64,000 bases of DNA, taken from NCBI GenBank assembly GCA_021323945.1, contig JAJPKA010000003.1, positions 133,429 through 197,428 on the forward strand, read 5' to 3'. The stretch comes from Pseudomonadota bacterium. GTDB lineage: Bacteria; Desulfobacterota; Binatia; Binatales; Binataceae. Shown here piece by piece: positions 29,419 through 40,452 of this stretch. A program made the position numbers and the translations under genes. A model generated the notes under the pieces. That model was not told the origin of the DNA and ran no database searches. It saw nothing but the letters and a program-made list of their open reading frames with translations. Within the stretch, counting starts at the first letter, position 1. Each line of letters opens with the position of its first letter.

Positions 29419-29525
29419 CGGCCATCAATGGTATTTGCTATGACCTACACTTTGAAAAACGTGAGCACGAATGGTGCCACCGACGGGCTCAACGTGCGGA
29501 ACGAAACTCAAGGGGAACAACGACG

Positions 29526-30281
29526 ATGAAACTGGCGAATAAAGTAGCGCTGATTACCGGCGCCGCCTCGGGAATGGGAAAGTCCGCGGCCCTTATTTTC
29601 GCGCAGGAAGGCGCCAAGGTCGCCGCCGTAGACATCGATGGCCAGCAGGTGCAGCAGACAGCGTCTGAAATCGTCAAGGCTGGCGGCCAGGCACTGGCAA
29701 TTCGCGCGGATGTATCGAAATCAGAAGACGTCCAGCGGATGATTAACGAAACTGTCAGTCATTTCGGTGTCCTCAATATCGTTTATAACAATGCTGGCAT
29801 TGAGGGCGATTCAAATTTTTTCTCGAACATGACCGAGGATCAGTTTGACCGCGTAATCGCAATCAACCTTCGTGGGGTTTTTCTCGGCATGAAATACGCC
29901 CTGCCGCATCTGATCAAGGCCGGCGGCGGCTCGATTATCAACCAGGCGTCGATCGCGGGCCTCGTTGCGGTGCGCGGTGGTGCCGCCTACTGCGCCTCCA
30001 AGGCCGGGGTCATTGCCCTAACCCGGGTCGCAGCCCTCGAATATGGCCGCTACAACATTCGCGTCAATGCCATTTGTCCCGGTGCGATAGAAACGCCGAT
30101 GGCGCAGCGAATTCGCAAGGGCCAGCCGCCTGACCCCAGAGCCATCCAACGAATCTCAGTGCTGGGAAGGATGGCCGAACCTGAAGAAATCGCCAAAGTA
30201 GCGCTTTTTTTGGCAAGTGATGACTCGTCATTCGCCACCGGAGCACCCTTCGTTGTAGACGGCGGATGGACTGTTTCGTAA
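29526..30281 (+). CDS. SDR family NAD(P)-dependent oxidoreductase (3-oxoacyl-ACP reductase-like)
   Basis: TGAASGMGKS (TGxxxGxG), NNAG, and the catalytic S..Y...K (SIAG...YCASKAG). Confidence 0.85.
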   Translation: MKLANKVALITGAASGMGKSAALIFAQEGAKVAAVDIDGQQVQQTASEIVKAGGQALAIRADVSKSEDVQRMINETVSHFGVLNIVYNNAGIEGDSNFFSNMTEDQFDRVIAINLRGVFLGMKYALPHLIKAGGGSIINQASIAGLVAVRGGAAYCASKAGVIALTRVAALEYGRYNIRVNAICPGAIETPMAQRIRKGQPPDPRAIQRISVLGRMAEPEEIAKVALFLASDDSSFATGAPFVVDGGWTVS

Positions 30282-30298
30282 CCGAGTAAACCCCCGTG

Positions 30299-30901
30299 TC
30301 AAGTGCCTGCCGTAATCCGTTCCAACTCTAGAAGACGGCGCTTGCATTCCAGACCCCAGCGGTAACCGGTCAGTTTTCCGTCGGCGCCGAGGACGCGATG
30401 GCACGGAATTAGAACAGCGAGCGGATTGGAGCCATTGGCGTTACCAACCGCTCGCGCTGCCCGCGGAAGCCCAAGCTTGCGCGCGATTTCGCCGTAAGAG
30501 CATGTCCTCCCGCGAGGGATCGCGCACAGCTCACGCCAAACCGCCACTTGGAACGGCGTCGCACGAAGATCGAGCGGAAGGTATAGGGCTGTCCGGCTTC
30601 CTTCGATAAACTGCAGTATTCTCGTGACAACAATCCCAAGGGCAGCATCATCGCGGATAAGACCAGCGCTCGCGTAGTCGTTGCGCAGCTCCGACTGCAG
30701 ATATTCCTCGCATTCATGGATGCCAGTCCAGCAGACACCCAGATGGGTTGACGCGGTAAGCAAGAAGCCGAAAGCGGCGGGGGCGATGGTGTATACGATT
30801 TCAGCACCACTGCCGCGAGGCCCATAACTCGCTTTTTGGATAATCAACGTTCCGGCTTTGCCGTTTTCATGATGAAGAAAACTGTTCGCGTTAACCTTCA
30901 C
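30299..30901 (-). CDS. ogt: Methylated-DNA--protein-cysteine methyltransferase
   Basis: C-terminal YGEIARKLG...LIPCHRVLGADGKLTGYRWG carries the PCHRV active site. Confidence 0.8.
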   Translation of the reverse strand: MKVNANSFLHHENGKAGTLIIQKASYGPRGSGAEIVYTIAPAAFGFLLTASTHLGVCWTGIHECEEYLQSELRNDYASAGLIRDDAALGIVVTRILQFIEGSRTALYLPLDLRATPFQVAVWRELCAIPRGRTCSYGEIARKLGLPRAARAVGNANGSNPLAVLIPCHRVLGADGKLTGYRWGLECKRRLLELERITAGT

Positions 30902-30964
30902 TGCCGGTGCTCTGAGCGGGCGACGTTGACTGGGTGTGAATTTTTGCCGAGGGACAATCCCGAA

Positions 30965-32005
30965 CTATGTCGGCAATCTGATCTCCTCACGCGCGAAGCG
31001 GGCCAGCGCTCGTTTGATAAATTCGCTGCGGAGATCACCGATGAGGTCACTCGAAGGTGCTTGCACTAGAACGGTCAGGTTGATCAGATTGCCGCTCATT
31101 CCGCGGAACAGCACGTATGGCTCGTGATCGGTGCCGTTGGCACTGACCGATGACATGGTCTCGCGAGCGACCTCCCTGACCACTCGTTCCACATGTGCCG
31201 GATCGTTGGAATTGAGTACGGCGAGGTCGATCGGGATGCCGATGCTGCCGTCGGCGATGCGGTAATTGGTTACAATACTGTCGACCAGTTGCGAATTGGG
31301 GACTACTACAACTTCGTTGGTCAGCATCCGGAATTTGCTGCTACGCCAGCCGAGTTTGAACAACTGCCCCTCCTGACCACTCTGCAGTTTGACGTAGTCG
31401 CCAACTTCCAGCGGCTTGTCAGCGATTAGAAAAAACCCGGAGAAGGTATTTTTCACAGTCTCTTGCAGGGCAAGCGCGATCGCTAAAGAACCGATGCCAA
31501 GGGAGGCGAGCAGCGGACCAATCGAAATACCCACGCTCTCCAGGAACATCAAAAGGCCAAGCGCAATTATAATGCCCCGTACTGCACCTGTTACCAGTCC
31601 ATAACCATCCGAAAACAACGGGTACCACGCTGCTGCCCTACGCAACCAGAGCCGGACGATGCGGTCGGCGAAGATAACGAGCGCAGCAACGAACCCGGCA
31701 ATTACGACTGCCCGGACATCGCTCCGCCAAGGTTCCCCCAAAGACGCGGTCTGTGCCGCGATCTCTATCCCGCTAACAACGATAAGAAGCGTCGCCTCCG
31801 GTGCGATCGCATCGATCAGAACACTTAAGATCCTGAGACGGGGCCACTTAACGACGCGATGCGACAGTATGACGGCCGCCTGCTTGAGAATCGACAGGAC
31901 AAAGATCCAGCCCGCCAGCACAACGGCGGCGACTAGCCACTGTGAATCAGCCCACCGGGAGATGCTGGCAGTTAGATGTGCAAGCATGCGAGCATTGGAA
32001 CGCAA
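30965..32005 (-). CDS. Mechanosensitive ion channel (MscS family)
   Basis: N-terminal TM helices followed by the MscS beta-domain (VGDYVKLQSGQEGQLFKLGWRSSKFRMLTNEVVVVPNSQLVDSIVTNY). Confidence 0.8.
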   Translation of the reverse strand: MRSNARMLAHLTASISRWADSQWLVAAVVLAGWIFVLSILKQAAVILSHRVVKWPRLRILSVLIDAIAPEATLLIVVSGIEIAAQTASLGEPWRSDVRAVVIAGFVAALVIFADRIVRLWLRRAAAWYPLFSDGYGLVTGAVRGIIIALGLLMFLESVGISIGPLLASLGIGSLAIALALQETVKNTFSGFFLIADKPLEVGDYVKLQSGQEGQLFKLGWRSSKFRMLTNEVVVVPNSQLVDSIVTNYRIADGSIGIPIDLAVLNSNDPAHVERVVREVARETMSSVSANGTDHEPYVLFRGMSGNLINLTVLVQAPSSDLIGDLRSEFIKRALARFAREEIRLPT

Positions 32006-32028
32006 ATTATGTTCACAACCGCCTCAGT

Positions 32029-33240
32029 CTAGCCTTTGGGCAGTTTGAGAACCCGTTCTCCGATAATGTTGTGCTGGATCTCACTCGAGCCGGCCGCAAT
32101 GGTCAGGCCGCGCGCAGCCAAAGTACGTTGCAGCCAGCGCCCACCCTCGATGCAGCCGGGCGAGCCTTTCTCGATGATGCCGCTCATTCCGAGCAATTCG
32201 TCCGCGAACATCGCGACCCGTAGATTCAGTTCGGTGGCGAAAAGCTTGCCGAAGGAGCTTTCCGGACCTGGAACCTTCCCCTTCAGTTGAGAGGTAAGCG
32301 AGCGATAGCGGCTTAAGCGCAAACATTCCGCTTCGATCGCAAATTGAGCCAGTTTCTGACGGACGTAGGGATGCCGGTTGGCGGGAATTCCTTCAAACTC
32401 GATGTGTCGGGACAGATTGAGCAACTCGCTGATCGTTCGCTGCACGGGATGACGTGTCCCGCCCGAAACTCTTTCATACATCAGAGTCGCGATCGAGACC
32501 TGCCAGCCCTGGTTAAGCTCGCCGACCAGGTTCTCTTTAGGCACTCGCACGTTATCGTAGAAGACCTCGTTGAAACCGGCCTCACCGGTAATCTGCACCA
32601 AAGGCCGAATAGTAATGCCTGGGCTCTTCATATCCACCAGGAGATATGAAATGCCCTTGTGCTTAGGGGCGTCGGGGTCGGTTCGCACCAGCAACACCTG
32701 CATGTGTGCACGATGGGCTAGGCTCGTCCACACTTTTTGACCATTGACCACGAAGCTATCGCCATCCAAAACTGCTCGGGTTTGTAACCCGGCGAGGTCG
32801 GAGCCGGCGTTCGGCTCCGAATAGCCTTGGCACCAGATCTCCTCGCCTGTAAGCATCTTGGGCAGATAACGGTCCTTCTGCTCCTTGGTCCCCATGAGTA
32901 TTAAAGTCGGGCCGATGCGATCGATTGCCAGCTGATTGGCGCCGTACAACGGCAGTCCGAAGCTGAGCACCTCGTCTTGATAGATGGCCTGTTCCATCAG
33001 GGTTGCGCCGCCCCCGCCGTACTCCTTGGGCCAGTGCAGCGCCACATAACCCGCCTCGTAGAGTCGGCGGTGATATTCGAGCAGGCGCATCCAACGCGCA
33101 TCGTCGCCAACGTCAAGCAAACTGGCGGTGGAAGCGCCGAGTTCACCACCGCGGCCGAACACTTCAGCGCGAGTTTTTTCCAGCCAGGAATGCAGTTTGG
33201 TTCGAAATGCTTCTTCTTCGGGTGTGTATCTGAAGTCCAT
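32029..33240 (-). CDS. Acyl-CoA dehydrogenase family protein
   Basis: All three ACAD domains are recognisable (ALHWPKEYGGGGATLMEQAIYQDE...CQGYSEPNAGSDLAGLQTRA...FGKLFATE...). Confidence 0.85.
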   Translation of the reverse strand: MDFRYTPEEEAFRTKLHSWLEKTRAEVFGRGGELGASTASLLDVGDDARWMRLLEYHRRLYEAGYVALHWPKEYGGGGATLMEQAIYQDEVLSFGLPLYGANQLAIDRIGPTLILMGTKEQKDRYLPKMLTGEEIWCQGYSEPNAGSDLAGLQTRAVLDGDSFVVNGQKVWTSLAHRAHMQVLLVRTDPDAPKHKGISYLLVDMKSPGITIRPLVQITGEAGFNEVFYDNVRVPKENLVGELNQGWQVSIATLMYERVSGGTRHPVQRTISELLNLSRHIEFEGIPANRHPYVRQKLAQFAIEAECLRLSRYRSLTSQLKGKVPGPESSFGKLFATELNLRVAMFADELLGMSGIIEKGSPGCIEGGRWLQRTLAARGLTIAAGSSEIQHNIIGERVLKLPKG

Positions 33241-33583
33241 TTTTTCACCGTGTGGTTAACTGATCCCGCCCGCAGGGACGGCAATCGTTTGCGATTCAGA
33301 GCCCGGGCGCGAGGGACGCGAAGATCAAACCGGCCATTAGCGGGAATGCGGATTCTCGCAATCCACTTAAACGGTTCATCGCGTTGCGTGACCCCAGAGC
33401 ACACGCTTTGGTCAACCTAATATAGCAGCGCCTCGGACTGTCAGTAATCAGTCCAAGAATGTTCGGCTGGTAGCCTCGTGCCAATAATGGAAATTTTGTT
33501 GTATGATAAGCCAGTTTCGGAACGTGACCGGAGTGGCTGTAGACCGGCGCGCAATTCCAATCGAGCGAGAACACAGAGAGAGT

Positions 33584-34828
33584 ATGGCGTTCAAACACAT
33601 CAAGGTCCCCTCCGACGGCGAAAAGATCACAATGGCAAATGGCAGGCTCCAGGTGCCCGATCGTCCAATTATCCCGTTCATCGAAGGCGACGGTACAGGT
33701 CCGGACATCTGGCGTGCTTCCCAATACGTCTTCGACCAGGCAGTCGAAAAAGCCTACGGCGGTAAGCGCAAGATCTCGTGGATGGAGGTCTACGCCGGCG
33801 AAAAATCATATAAGAATTTCAATACTTGGCTGCCCGACGAAACCGTCGAGGCTTTTAGCGAATACCTGGTCGGTATCAAGGGGCCGCTGACCACCCCCGT
33901 GGGAGGCGGCATCCGCTCACTCAACGTCGCCTTACGCCAGCTACTCGACCTCTATGTCTGCCTTCGACCAATTCGCTACTTCAAGGGAGTACCCAGCCCG
34001 GTCAAAACCCCTGAAAAGCTCGACATCGTAATCTTTCGTGAGAACTCCGAAGATATTTACGCGGGCATTGAATGGCCGGCGGAGAGCCCCGAGGTCCGTA
34101 AAGTTATCGATTTTCTCCAGAAGGAGATGGATGTCACCAAGATCCGTTTTCCCAAGACCTCCGGAATCGGCATCAAACCAATCTCACGGGAGGGTTCGGA
34201 GCGACTTATCCGGGCAGCTTTGGACTATGCGATCGCTCATAAGCGCAAGAGTGTAACGTTGGTGCATAAAGGTAACATCATGAAATTTACGGAGGGGGCC
34301 TTCCGCGACTGGGGCTACGAGCTGACACGCCGCGAATACAAGGGACGTGCGATTGCATGGGACGATTGCGGCGGCAATCCGCCGCCCGGTCAAATCCTGG
34401 TGAAGGACAATATTGCGGATATTACCTTCCAGCAATGCCTTACTCGGCCGGACGAATTTGACGTCATCGCAACCATGAATCTTAACGGCGATTACCTGTC
34501 AGATGCCTTGGCCGCGCAGGTCGGCGGTATCGGCATAGCTCCCGGTGCGAATATTAACTACGTGACAGGCCACGCCATCTTTGAAGCGACGCACGGCACC
34601 GCGCCGAAATATGCCAATCAGGACAAGGTAAACCCCGGCTCTGTGATTCTGTCGGGTGTTCTGATGTTTGAACACCTCGGCTGGCAGGAGGTCGCCGACG
34701 GAATCATCCGCGGTATGGAGAGAACTATCGCAAATAAGACCGTAACCTACGATTTCGAACGGCTCATGACCGGCGCCAAGCTGCTGAAATGCTCTGAATT
34801 CGCCAAGGCGATTATCGAAAACTTTTAG
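33584..34828 (+). CDS. icd: Isocitrate dehydrogenase (NADP-dependent, prokaryotic homodimeric type)
   Basis: Near-colinear with E. coli Icd over 414 aa ([66 protein letters not shown]-terminal [14 protein letters not shown]). The start is the internal ATG at 33584. Confidence 0.9.
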   Translation: MAFKHIKVPSDGEKITMANGRLQVPDRPIIPFIEGDGTGPDIWRASQYVFDQAVEKAYGGKRKISWMEVYAGEKSYKNFNTWLPDETVEAFSEYLVGIKGPLTTPVGGGIRSLNVALRQLLDLYVCLRPIRYFKGVPSPVKTPEKLDIVIFRENSEDIYAGIEWPAESPEVRKVIDFLQKEMDVTKIRFPKTSGIGIKPISREGSERLIRAALDYAIAHKRKSVTLVHKGNIMKFTEGAFRDWGYELTRREYKGRAIAWDDCGGNPPPGQILVKDNIADITFQQCLTRPDEFDVIATMNLNGDYLSDALAAQVGGIGIAPGANINYVTGHAIFEATHGTAPKYANQDKVNPGSVILSGVLMFEHLGWQEVADGIIRGMERTIANKTVTYDFERLMTGAKLLKCSEFAKAIIENF

Positions 34829-35562
34829 TCATTAATTTCAGGGTGTCTGGGACGTTCCAATTTCAACCGAATCCACTACTCGGGTAATTGCCACGCGCCT
34901 CGCGGATCTTGGTTGCGCCTCGGCGCCACTGCACAACATTTGATCCGCGGGCGCGTGAGATCTCTATTGACCCCCGCGCCCTGACTCGGTTTACCCGCCG
35001 ATCATCCCGAGGCTAAAGAAGAAATCTGTCTGCGCGAAATTCGAGCCACCCCATCAATCGACGCCGCCGGAGTCAACCATTTCCCAGCGGGCGAGGCGGG
35101 TGGTTATCGCCACGGTAACATCCGGTTTGAGAGAATTCGCAGCTGGTCAAACCTAGCTCCTCACCCCTTGGCGATGCCACCCTGCGAAGAGTTGCCTGCA
35201 GAAGCCTTCCAAGGACCCAAAATGCGTGCTTGGAGGCAGTCCACCTGGACATCTGCAGGATACCACAGTCTGCGCTATGCTTTCGTTCTCTTAACCCACA
35301 GCACGAAACGTTTGCCCGCCCAGCGGAATGGTCCAGCCTAACGGAACAGCGCCGCGGTTTCGATTCGCCTTCCATGGAGTCGCGGCAATTCATCAGAATA
35401 GCGACCTATCAATGGGGCTGCCGCAGCGCAGCCCTTGCTCTGAACAGTCCGCGGGCTCGTGCTCGCCTGCACTCGGCGGAGAATTCATGACTATGAGCGG
35501 CAACCGAGCGCTAACCCAGGTGATGACGGAATGAACGTTTTGCGCGGAGCTGGCCGCTCCTG

Positions 35563-36078
35563 TTAATGCGTACGCATCTTGATGCGGTCTTCTTGTGCCC
35601 AACCTTCTTTAAAGGGCACCATGAAGTAGGGCGTCAACGACATTTTCTTGAACTTCCATTCACCATTTTGCCTGACGTACTCGTCGTCGTATCGCGCGGC
35701 CACCAGAAATGCCTCTCCGTTGAAGATCGGTTTAGCCTCAAGATAAGCGAAGCCCTCTCCCCTGTCGCCACGAACTTGAACGATGTGGTTGTGGATGAAC
35801 TGCTTTACCCAGGTAATGCGCGGGCGGTTACCCGCCTCGGGGCGCGGTTCGTTCAATGCACCGAAGAAGCGCTTGAGTTCTTCAGGCCCTTTGGCTTTAC
35901 CTAAATGAGCGAAATCGAGTTCGCCGTCGTCCGTAAAGAGGGTAGGGATTTGGGCAAACTTTCCTTCGTTGACATATTCATGGTAGCGATAGCGCAGATC
36001 GCGGATTGCTTCACGATCGGTTAATTGCTGAACTTTTTCCTCGAGTTCTTTGATGCGGGTTTCGAGATCGGTTGCCAT
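35563..36078 (-). CDS. NTF2-like (SnoaL/ketosteroid-isomerase-fold) protein
   Basis: The length and hydrophobic-pocket pattern (FAYLEAKPIFNGEAFLVAARYDDEYVRQNGEWKF) fit the NTF2-like superfamily. Low specificity. Confidence 0.55.
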   Translation of the reverse strand: MATDLETRIKELEEKVQQLTDREAIRDLRYRYHEYVNEGKFAQIPTLFTDDGELDFAHLGKAKGPEELKRFFGALNEPRPEAGNRPRITWVKQFIHNHIVQVRGDRGEGFAYLEAKPIFNGEAFLVAARYDDEYVRQNGEWKFKKMSLTPYFMVPFKEGWAQEDRIKMRTH

Positions 36079-36232
36079 GGCTGTCCCTCCGATTTTTCTT
36101 GAGCCGATTGTTTGTTACCACATCTTTCGTGGAGGTGGTCAAATAGCAAATGCGGCGCTCGCGTTGCGCGACGCCATTATCTTAACAGCGGGGTACTTGG
36201 CTGCTATTTAATGTCAGCCTGCAACATGCATC

Positions 36233-37174
36233 ATGTCAAAGCGAAGAAAAATAGCGTTTATCGGCGCCGGCAATGTTGGTGCGACCTGCGCTCATCTCTG
36301 TTTCCTGCGTAGCCTGGGCGACATCGTGCTCTATGACATCATCGAGGGTCTGCCTCAAGGCAAAGCGCTCGATATGCTCGAATCGGGTCCGGTGTTGGGT
36401 ATCGACGTCGACGTCAGCGGTTCGACTGACATTCGTTCGATTGAGGGGGCGGACTGCTGCATCGTTACCTCCGGCTCGCCACGCAAACCCGGCATGAGCC
36501 GCGACGATCTCCTTAAAATCAATGCCGGCGTCATGAACGAGGTCGGCAAGGCGATCCGCGAAACGGCGCCAAATGCCTTCGTGATCGTGGTCACCAACCC
36601 ACTTGACGCGATGGTTACCCAGATCAAGCGGGTCACCGGGTTCCCCAAAAATCGCGTTGTCGGCCAGGCTGGAGTCCTTGACTCCGCTCGCTACAGAACC
36701 TTCCTGGCGCGTGAACTGGGAGTCTCGGTAGACAGTGTCAACGCAATGGTTCTCGGCGGCCACGGCGATGACATGGTGCCGGTACGCAGCTACACAACCT
36801 GCGGGGGTGTACCGATCGAGCGGCTGCTTCCCCAAGCTCGACTGGATGAGATCGAAGTCAGGACCCGCAACGGCGGCGGTGAGATTGTCGAGCTGATGAA
36901 AACCTCATCATATTATGCGGCGGGTGCCGCAGTCTTCAGGATGGTCGAAGCCTACATGCTCGACAAAAAGGAGGTGCTGCCGTGCGCCGCCTATCTTGAG
37001 GGTGAGTACGGAGTCAGCGGCCTTTATGCAGGAGTTCCGACCGTAATTGGTGGCAATGGCGTTGAGAAAGTGGTCGAGATCGAGCTGACCGCCGCGGAGA
37101 AAAAGGCCTTCGAGTCCTCGGTCGCCCATGTGCGGGAGCTGGTCAACGCGATGGACAAGGTCCTGGGCAGCTGA
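36233..37174 (+). CDS. mdh: Malate dehydrogenase (LDH-like MDH)
   Basis: KIAFIGAGNVGATCAH dinucleotide fold, IVTSGSPRKPGMSRDDL, VVTNPLDAM, GGHGDDMVP. Confidence 0.9.
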   Translation: MSKRRKIAFIGAGNVGATCAHLCFLRSLGDIVLYDIIEGLPQGKALDMLESGPVLGIDVDVSGSTDIRSIEGADCCIVTSGSPRKPGMSRDDLLKINAGVMNEVGKAIRETAPNAFVIVVTNPLDAMVTQIKRVTGFPKNRVVGQAGVLDSARYRTFLARELGVSVDSVNAMVLGGHGDDMVPVRSYTTCGGVPIERLLPQARLDEIEVRTRNGGGEIVELMKTSSYYAAGAAVFRMVEAYMLDKKEVLPCAAYLEGEYGVSGLYAGVPTVIGGNGVEKVVEIELTAAEKKAFESSVAHVRELVNAMDKVLGS

Positions 37175-37253
37175 CCCGTTTCCACTATGGATTGGAACGC
37201 GTGCCTCAGGATGTGAGTTAACTTCACAGTTTTAGGACGAGCGGGATCGATTG

Positions 37254-38429
37254 ATGAATATCCACGAATTCCAGGCCAAACAGATTCTTGCCCGTTTCGG
37301 GGTTCCTGTTCCCAAAGGACAGCCTGCGACCAGTGCCGCGGAAACCGCAGCCGCATTCTCGGCGTTAAACACTCCCCGCGCAGTGGTCAAAGCCCAGATC
37401 CATGCCGGCGGCCGCGGCAAAGCCGGCGGGGTTAAGCTCGTTTCGAATGCTGCCGAGGCTTCCGAGTTTGCCGATAAATTGTTGGGTAAACCCCTGGTTA
37501 CTCATCAGACTGGTCCTCAGGGACGAATCGTCAGACGCGTTTACGTGGAGCAGGCGAGCGAGGTCGCCCGCGAGCTGTACCTCGGCATGGTGGTCGACCG
37601 CAAAGCGGAATGTGTTGCAGTGATTGCCAGTACCGAGGGCGGCATGGAGATCGAAGAGGTGGCTGCAAGCGCGCCTGAGAAAATTTTGACCGAGCTGATT
37701 GACCCGGTGATTGGCGTCGGCGCCTTTCAAGGCCGTAAACTTGCCTTTGCCTTAGGACTGCGCGACAAACAGGTAGGGCAATTCGTCGCCCTTCTCACCG
37801 CTCTCTATCATGCCTTCACTGAAACCGACGCCTCGCTGATCGAGATTAACCCTTTGGTGCTCACCAAGGACGGAAACCTGCTCTGTCTGGACGCCAAGAT
37901 GTCCTTTGACGATAATGGGCTCTTCCGACACCCGGAAATCCGCGAGTTGCGAGATCCCAATGAGGAGGATCCGGCGGAGACCGAGGCTGCGAAGCACGAC
38001 CTCAGCTACGTTCATCTCGACGGAAACATCGGATGCATGGTGAATGGCGCCGGGCTGGCGATGGCGACAATGGATATCGTGAAACATTATGGCGCCGAGC
38101 CGGCAAACTTTTTGGATGTGGGGGGCGGCGCGAATTCCCAAAAGGTGGCAGCAGCCTTCAGGATTCTGCTTTCGGATGAGCGCGTCCGTGCGGTCCTCAT
38201 CAATATCTTTGGCGGCATTATGTTGTGCGACGTGCTGGCTCAGGGCGTGGTCGATGCGGCGCGCGAAGTGCAACTCCGCGTGCCGCTGGTGGTGCGAATG
38301 GAAGGTACCAACGTCGAGAAAGGCAAACAGATCCTTAAGGATTCCGGCATTAAGGTCATTACGGCGAGCGACATGGCTGACGCTGCGCGCCGCGTAGTAG
38401 AGGCAATCGGAGCGAGTCCCTCCGCATAG
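37254..38429 (+). CDS. sucC: Succinyl-CoA synthetase beta subunit
   Basis: MNIHEFQAKQILARFGVPVP start and the ATP-grasp and CoA-ligase domains throughout. Confidence 0.9.
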   Translation: MNIHEFQAKQILARFGVPVPKGQPATSAAETAAAFSALNTPRAVVKAQIHAGGRGKAGGVKLVSNAAEASEFADKLLGKPLVTHQTGPQGRIVRRVYVEQASEVARELYLGMVVDRKAECVAVIASTEGGMEIEEVAASAPEKILTELIDPVIGVGAFQGRKLAFALGLRDKQVGQFVALLTALYHAFTETDASLIEINPLVLTKDGNLLCLDAKMSFDDNGLFRHPEIRELRDPNEEDPAETEAAKHDLSYVHLDGNIGCMVNGAGLAMATMDIVKHYGAEPANFLDVGGGANSQKVAAAFRILLSDERVRAVLINIFGGIMLCDVLAQGVVDAAREVQLRVPLVVRMEGTNVEKGKQILKDSGIKVITASDMADAARRVVEAIGASPSA

Positions 38430-38517
38430 GGAACGAGCGTGTGACGGTTCTCGGATTGTCGTTTTCACGCGTCCTTAACCAGACAAAAATAGACACTACC
38501 TTCGGTGATCTAAACTA

Positions 38518-39399
38518 ATGAGCATTCTCGTAGACAAAAACACCCGCGTGCTGACCCAGGGAATCACCGGCGCCACCGGGCAGATTCATACGCGGGCCTG
38601 CAAACAGTATGGCACCCAGATGGTCGGCGGGGTCGTGCCTGGCAAAGGTGGCAGCGACTTCGAGGGCATTCCCATTTTTGATACGGTTGAACAGGCTCGC
38701 AAAGCGACCGGCGCCAATGCGACCGTTATCTACGTTCCCCCGCCCTTTGCAGCCGATGCAATTCTCGAGGCGGTCGCCGCTGGCATCGAACTTATCGTCT
38801 GCATCACCGAAGGCGTGCCGGTACTCGATATGGTCAAGGTGAAGCGCTACCTGCGTGGGACGAAAAGTCGCCTAATCGGCCCGAACTGCCCGGGGGTGAT
38901 TACGCCCGGTGCATGCAAAATCGGCATCATGCCTGGCTATATCCATCAACCCGGCGACATTGGCGTGGTTTCGCGCTCTGGCACCTTGACTTATGAAGCT
39001 GTCTATCAATTGACACAGCTTGGATTCGGCCAATCAACCTGTGTGGGTATCGGCGGCGACCCAATTATTGGCACGGGCTTTATCGACGTTTTGAGCCTCT
39101 TCAACGAGGATCCAGGAACCAGAGCCGTAATAATGATCGGCGAAATTGGCGGCACCGCCGAGGAAGACGCCGCGGAATTCATTAAGCAATACTTCAAGAA
39201 GCCCGTGGTCGCCTTTATTGCTGGACAGACGGCCCCCAAGGGGCGTCGGATGGGTCATGCAGGAGCGATTATCTCTGGCGGCCGCGGAACTGCGGCAGAC
39301 AAGATAGCCGCGCTGAGACGGGCCGGGATACATGTGGCAATGAGTCCGGCGGAACTCGGTATGACCATGAAGCAGACCCTTGATGGCGCCTCGGCATAG
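38518..39399 (+). CDS. sucD: Succinyl-CoA synthetase alpha subunit
   Basis: [15 protein letters not shown]..., catalytic His region [10 protein letters not shown]. Confidence 0.9.
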   Translation: MSILVDKNTRVLTQGITGATGQIHTRACKQYGTQMVGGVVPGKGGSDFEGIPIFDTVEQARKATGANATVIYVPPPFAADAILEAVAAGIELIVCITEGVPVLDMVKVKRYLRGTKSRLIGPNCPGVITPGACKIGIMPGYIHQPGDIGVVSRSGTLTYEAVYQLTQLGFGQSTCVGIGGDPIIGTGFIDVLSLFNEDPGTRAVIMIGEIGGTAEEDAAEFIKQYFKKPVVAFIAGQTAPKGRRMGHAGAIISGGRGTAADKIAALRRAGIHVAMSPAELGMTMKQTLDGASA

Positions 39400-39532
39400 G
39401 TTGCCCCTTCTTTCTTGCCTCGCCGAACCGAACGGCTTGCCTCGTTCACGCAGACTGCATATCCCTGATAATTGACTCAACGGCGCGGTCGGCGATGTGG
39501 TGACCGATTGTTCGAAGGACGGAGCAATCCAA

Positions 39533-39967
39533 GTGGCAGTGCAACGTACTCTTGCGATCGTCAAGCCAGATGCGGTTAGCCGTAATCTGACCGGTGAGAT
39601 CTTGCGAAGAATCGAGGCCGCCGGCTTGCGTATCTGCGCCCTCAAGCTGATGCATTTGACCAGGTCGCAAGCCGAAAAGTTCTATGAAGTTCATCGCGAA
39701 CGGCCTTTTTTCCACTCGCTTTGTGCTTACATGTCATCCGGACCGATCGCGGTTGCGGTGCTGGAGGGAGAGCAGGCGATCGGACATTGGCGCGATCTGA
39801 TGGGGGCAACCGATCCACTCAAAGCAGCGCCGGGCACCATTCGCAAAGATCTCGGCGTTGACGTTGAGAGGAATGCGGTGCACGGCTCGGATAGCCCTGA
39901 AACGGCTGCCATTGAGATTCCATTTTTTTTCGGCCGGGTTGAACTCCACAGCCCGGTAGCGCAGTGA
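39533..39967 (+). CDS. ndk: Nucleoside diphosphate kinase
   Basis: [12 protein letters not shown]...NAVHGSDS (active-site His). A GTG start at 39533 with a GGAG RBS is preferred over the upstream ATG at 39497. Confidence 0.85.
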   Translation: MAVQRTLAIVKPDAVSRNLTGEILRRIEAAGLRICALKLMHLTRSQAEKFYEVHRERPFFHSLCAYMSSGPIAVAVLEGEQAIGHWRDLMGATDPLKAAPGTIRKDLGVDVERNAVHGSDSPETAAIEIPFFFGRVELHSPVAQ

Positions 39968-40011
39968 AACAATTGGTTAGCAACCGATCGCAACCCTAGT
40001 GGGGTGTCTGC

Positions 40012-40338
40012 TTGTTCGACAGGAATTCGGCATTCCCGCGCCTCTCGGCCGCAACTGAAGCCGCGCAGACTACGCCGACAACGATCAGAGGGCTCGCCCA
40101 CTGGCTGAACGTCGAGGCGTTACAGCTCATAGCTCATCACACCAGCGCGGTTATTGCCTCGGTGCTGTTGTTTTGGCTGGCGGGCTGGCTGGTCCGAAAG
40201 CTCTTCCATGACAGCTGGATGAAGCGTGCGGTGCTGGTGCTCGACGAAGTTGTATTGCTGTGTATCCTCGTCTATTTTGCCTACGAGCTCCTGTTTCTGC
40301 TTTATTTGCGCACCCGAACCATGGCCATTAGTGGCTGA
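40012..40338 (+). CDS. Small hypothetical membrane protein (2 TM)
   Basis: Two hydrophobic helices; no family recognised. Lies between ndk and rlmN. Confidence 0.3.
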   Translation: MFDRNSAFPRLSAATEAAQTTPTTIRGLAHWLNVEALQLIAHHTSAVIASVLLFWLAGWLVRKLFHDSWMKRAVLVLDEVVLLCILVYFAYELLFLLYLRTRTMAISG

Positions 40339-40452
40339 AGCGCTCCACACGCGGTTGACGACTAGTTCGGGCTTTGAGAGGCAGACCCTCAATTCGCTCG
40401 CCCCAAAGCCAGCTTTAGTCGAGCATGCTGCTGCTGTTAAAATTGGGCAATT

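Noticed and set aside
34829-35562. RNase P RNA, tmRNA or SRP RNA in the long gaps (also 9220-9927 and 21645-22209)
   Set aside because: I looked for hallmark conserved stretches (RNase P CR-I AGGAAAGTCCGGGC, tmRNA 5'-GGGG...3'-CCACCA with tag ORF, SRP domain-IV GGAAG...) and found none. The gaps remain unexplained, not assigned.
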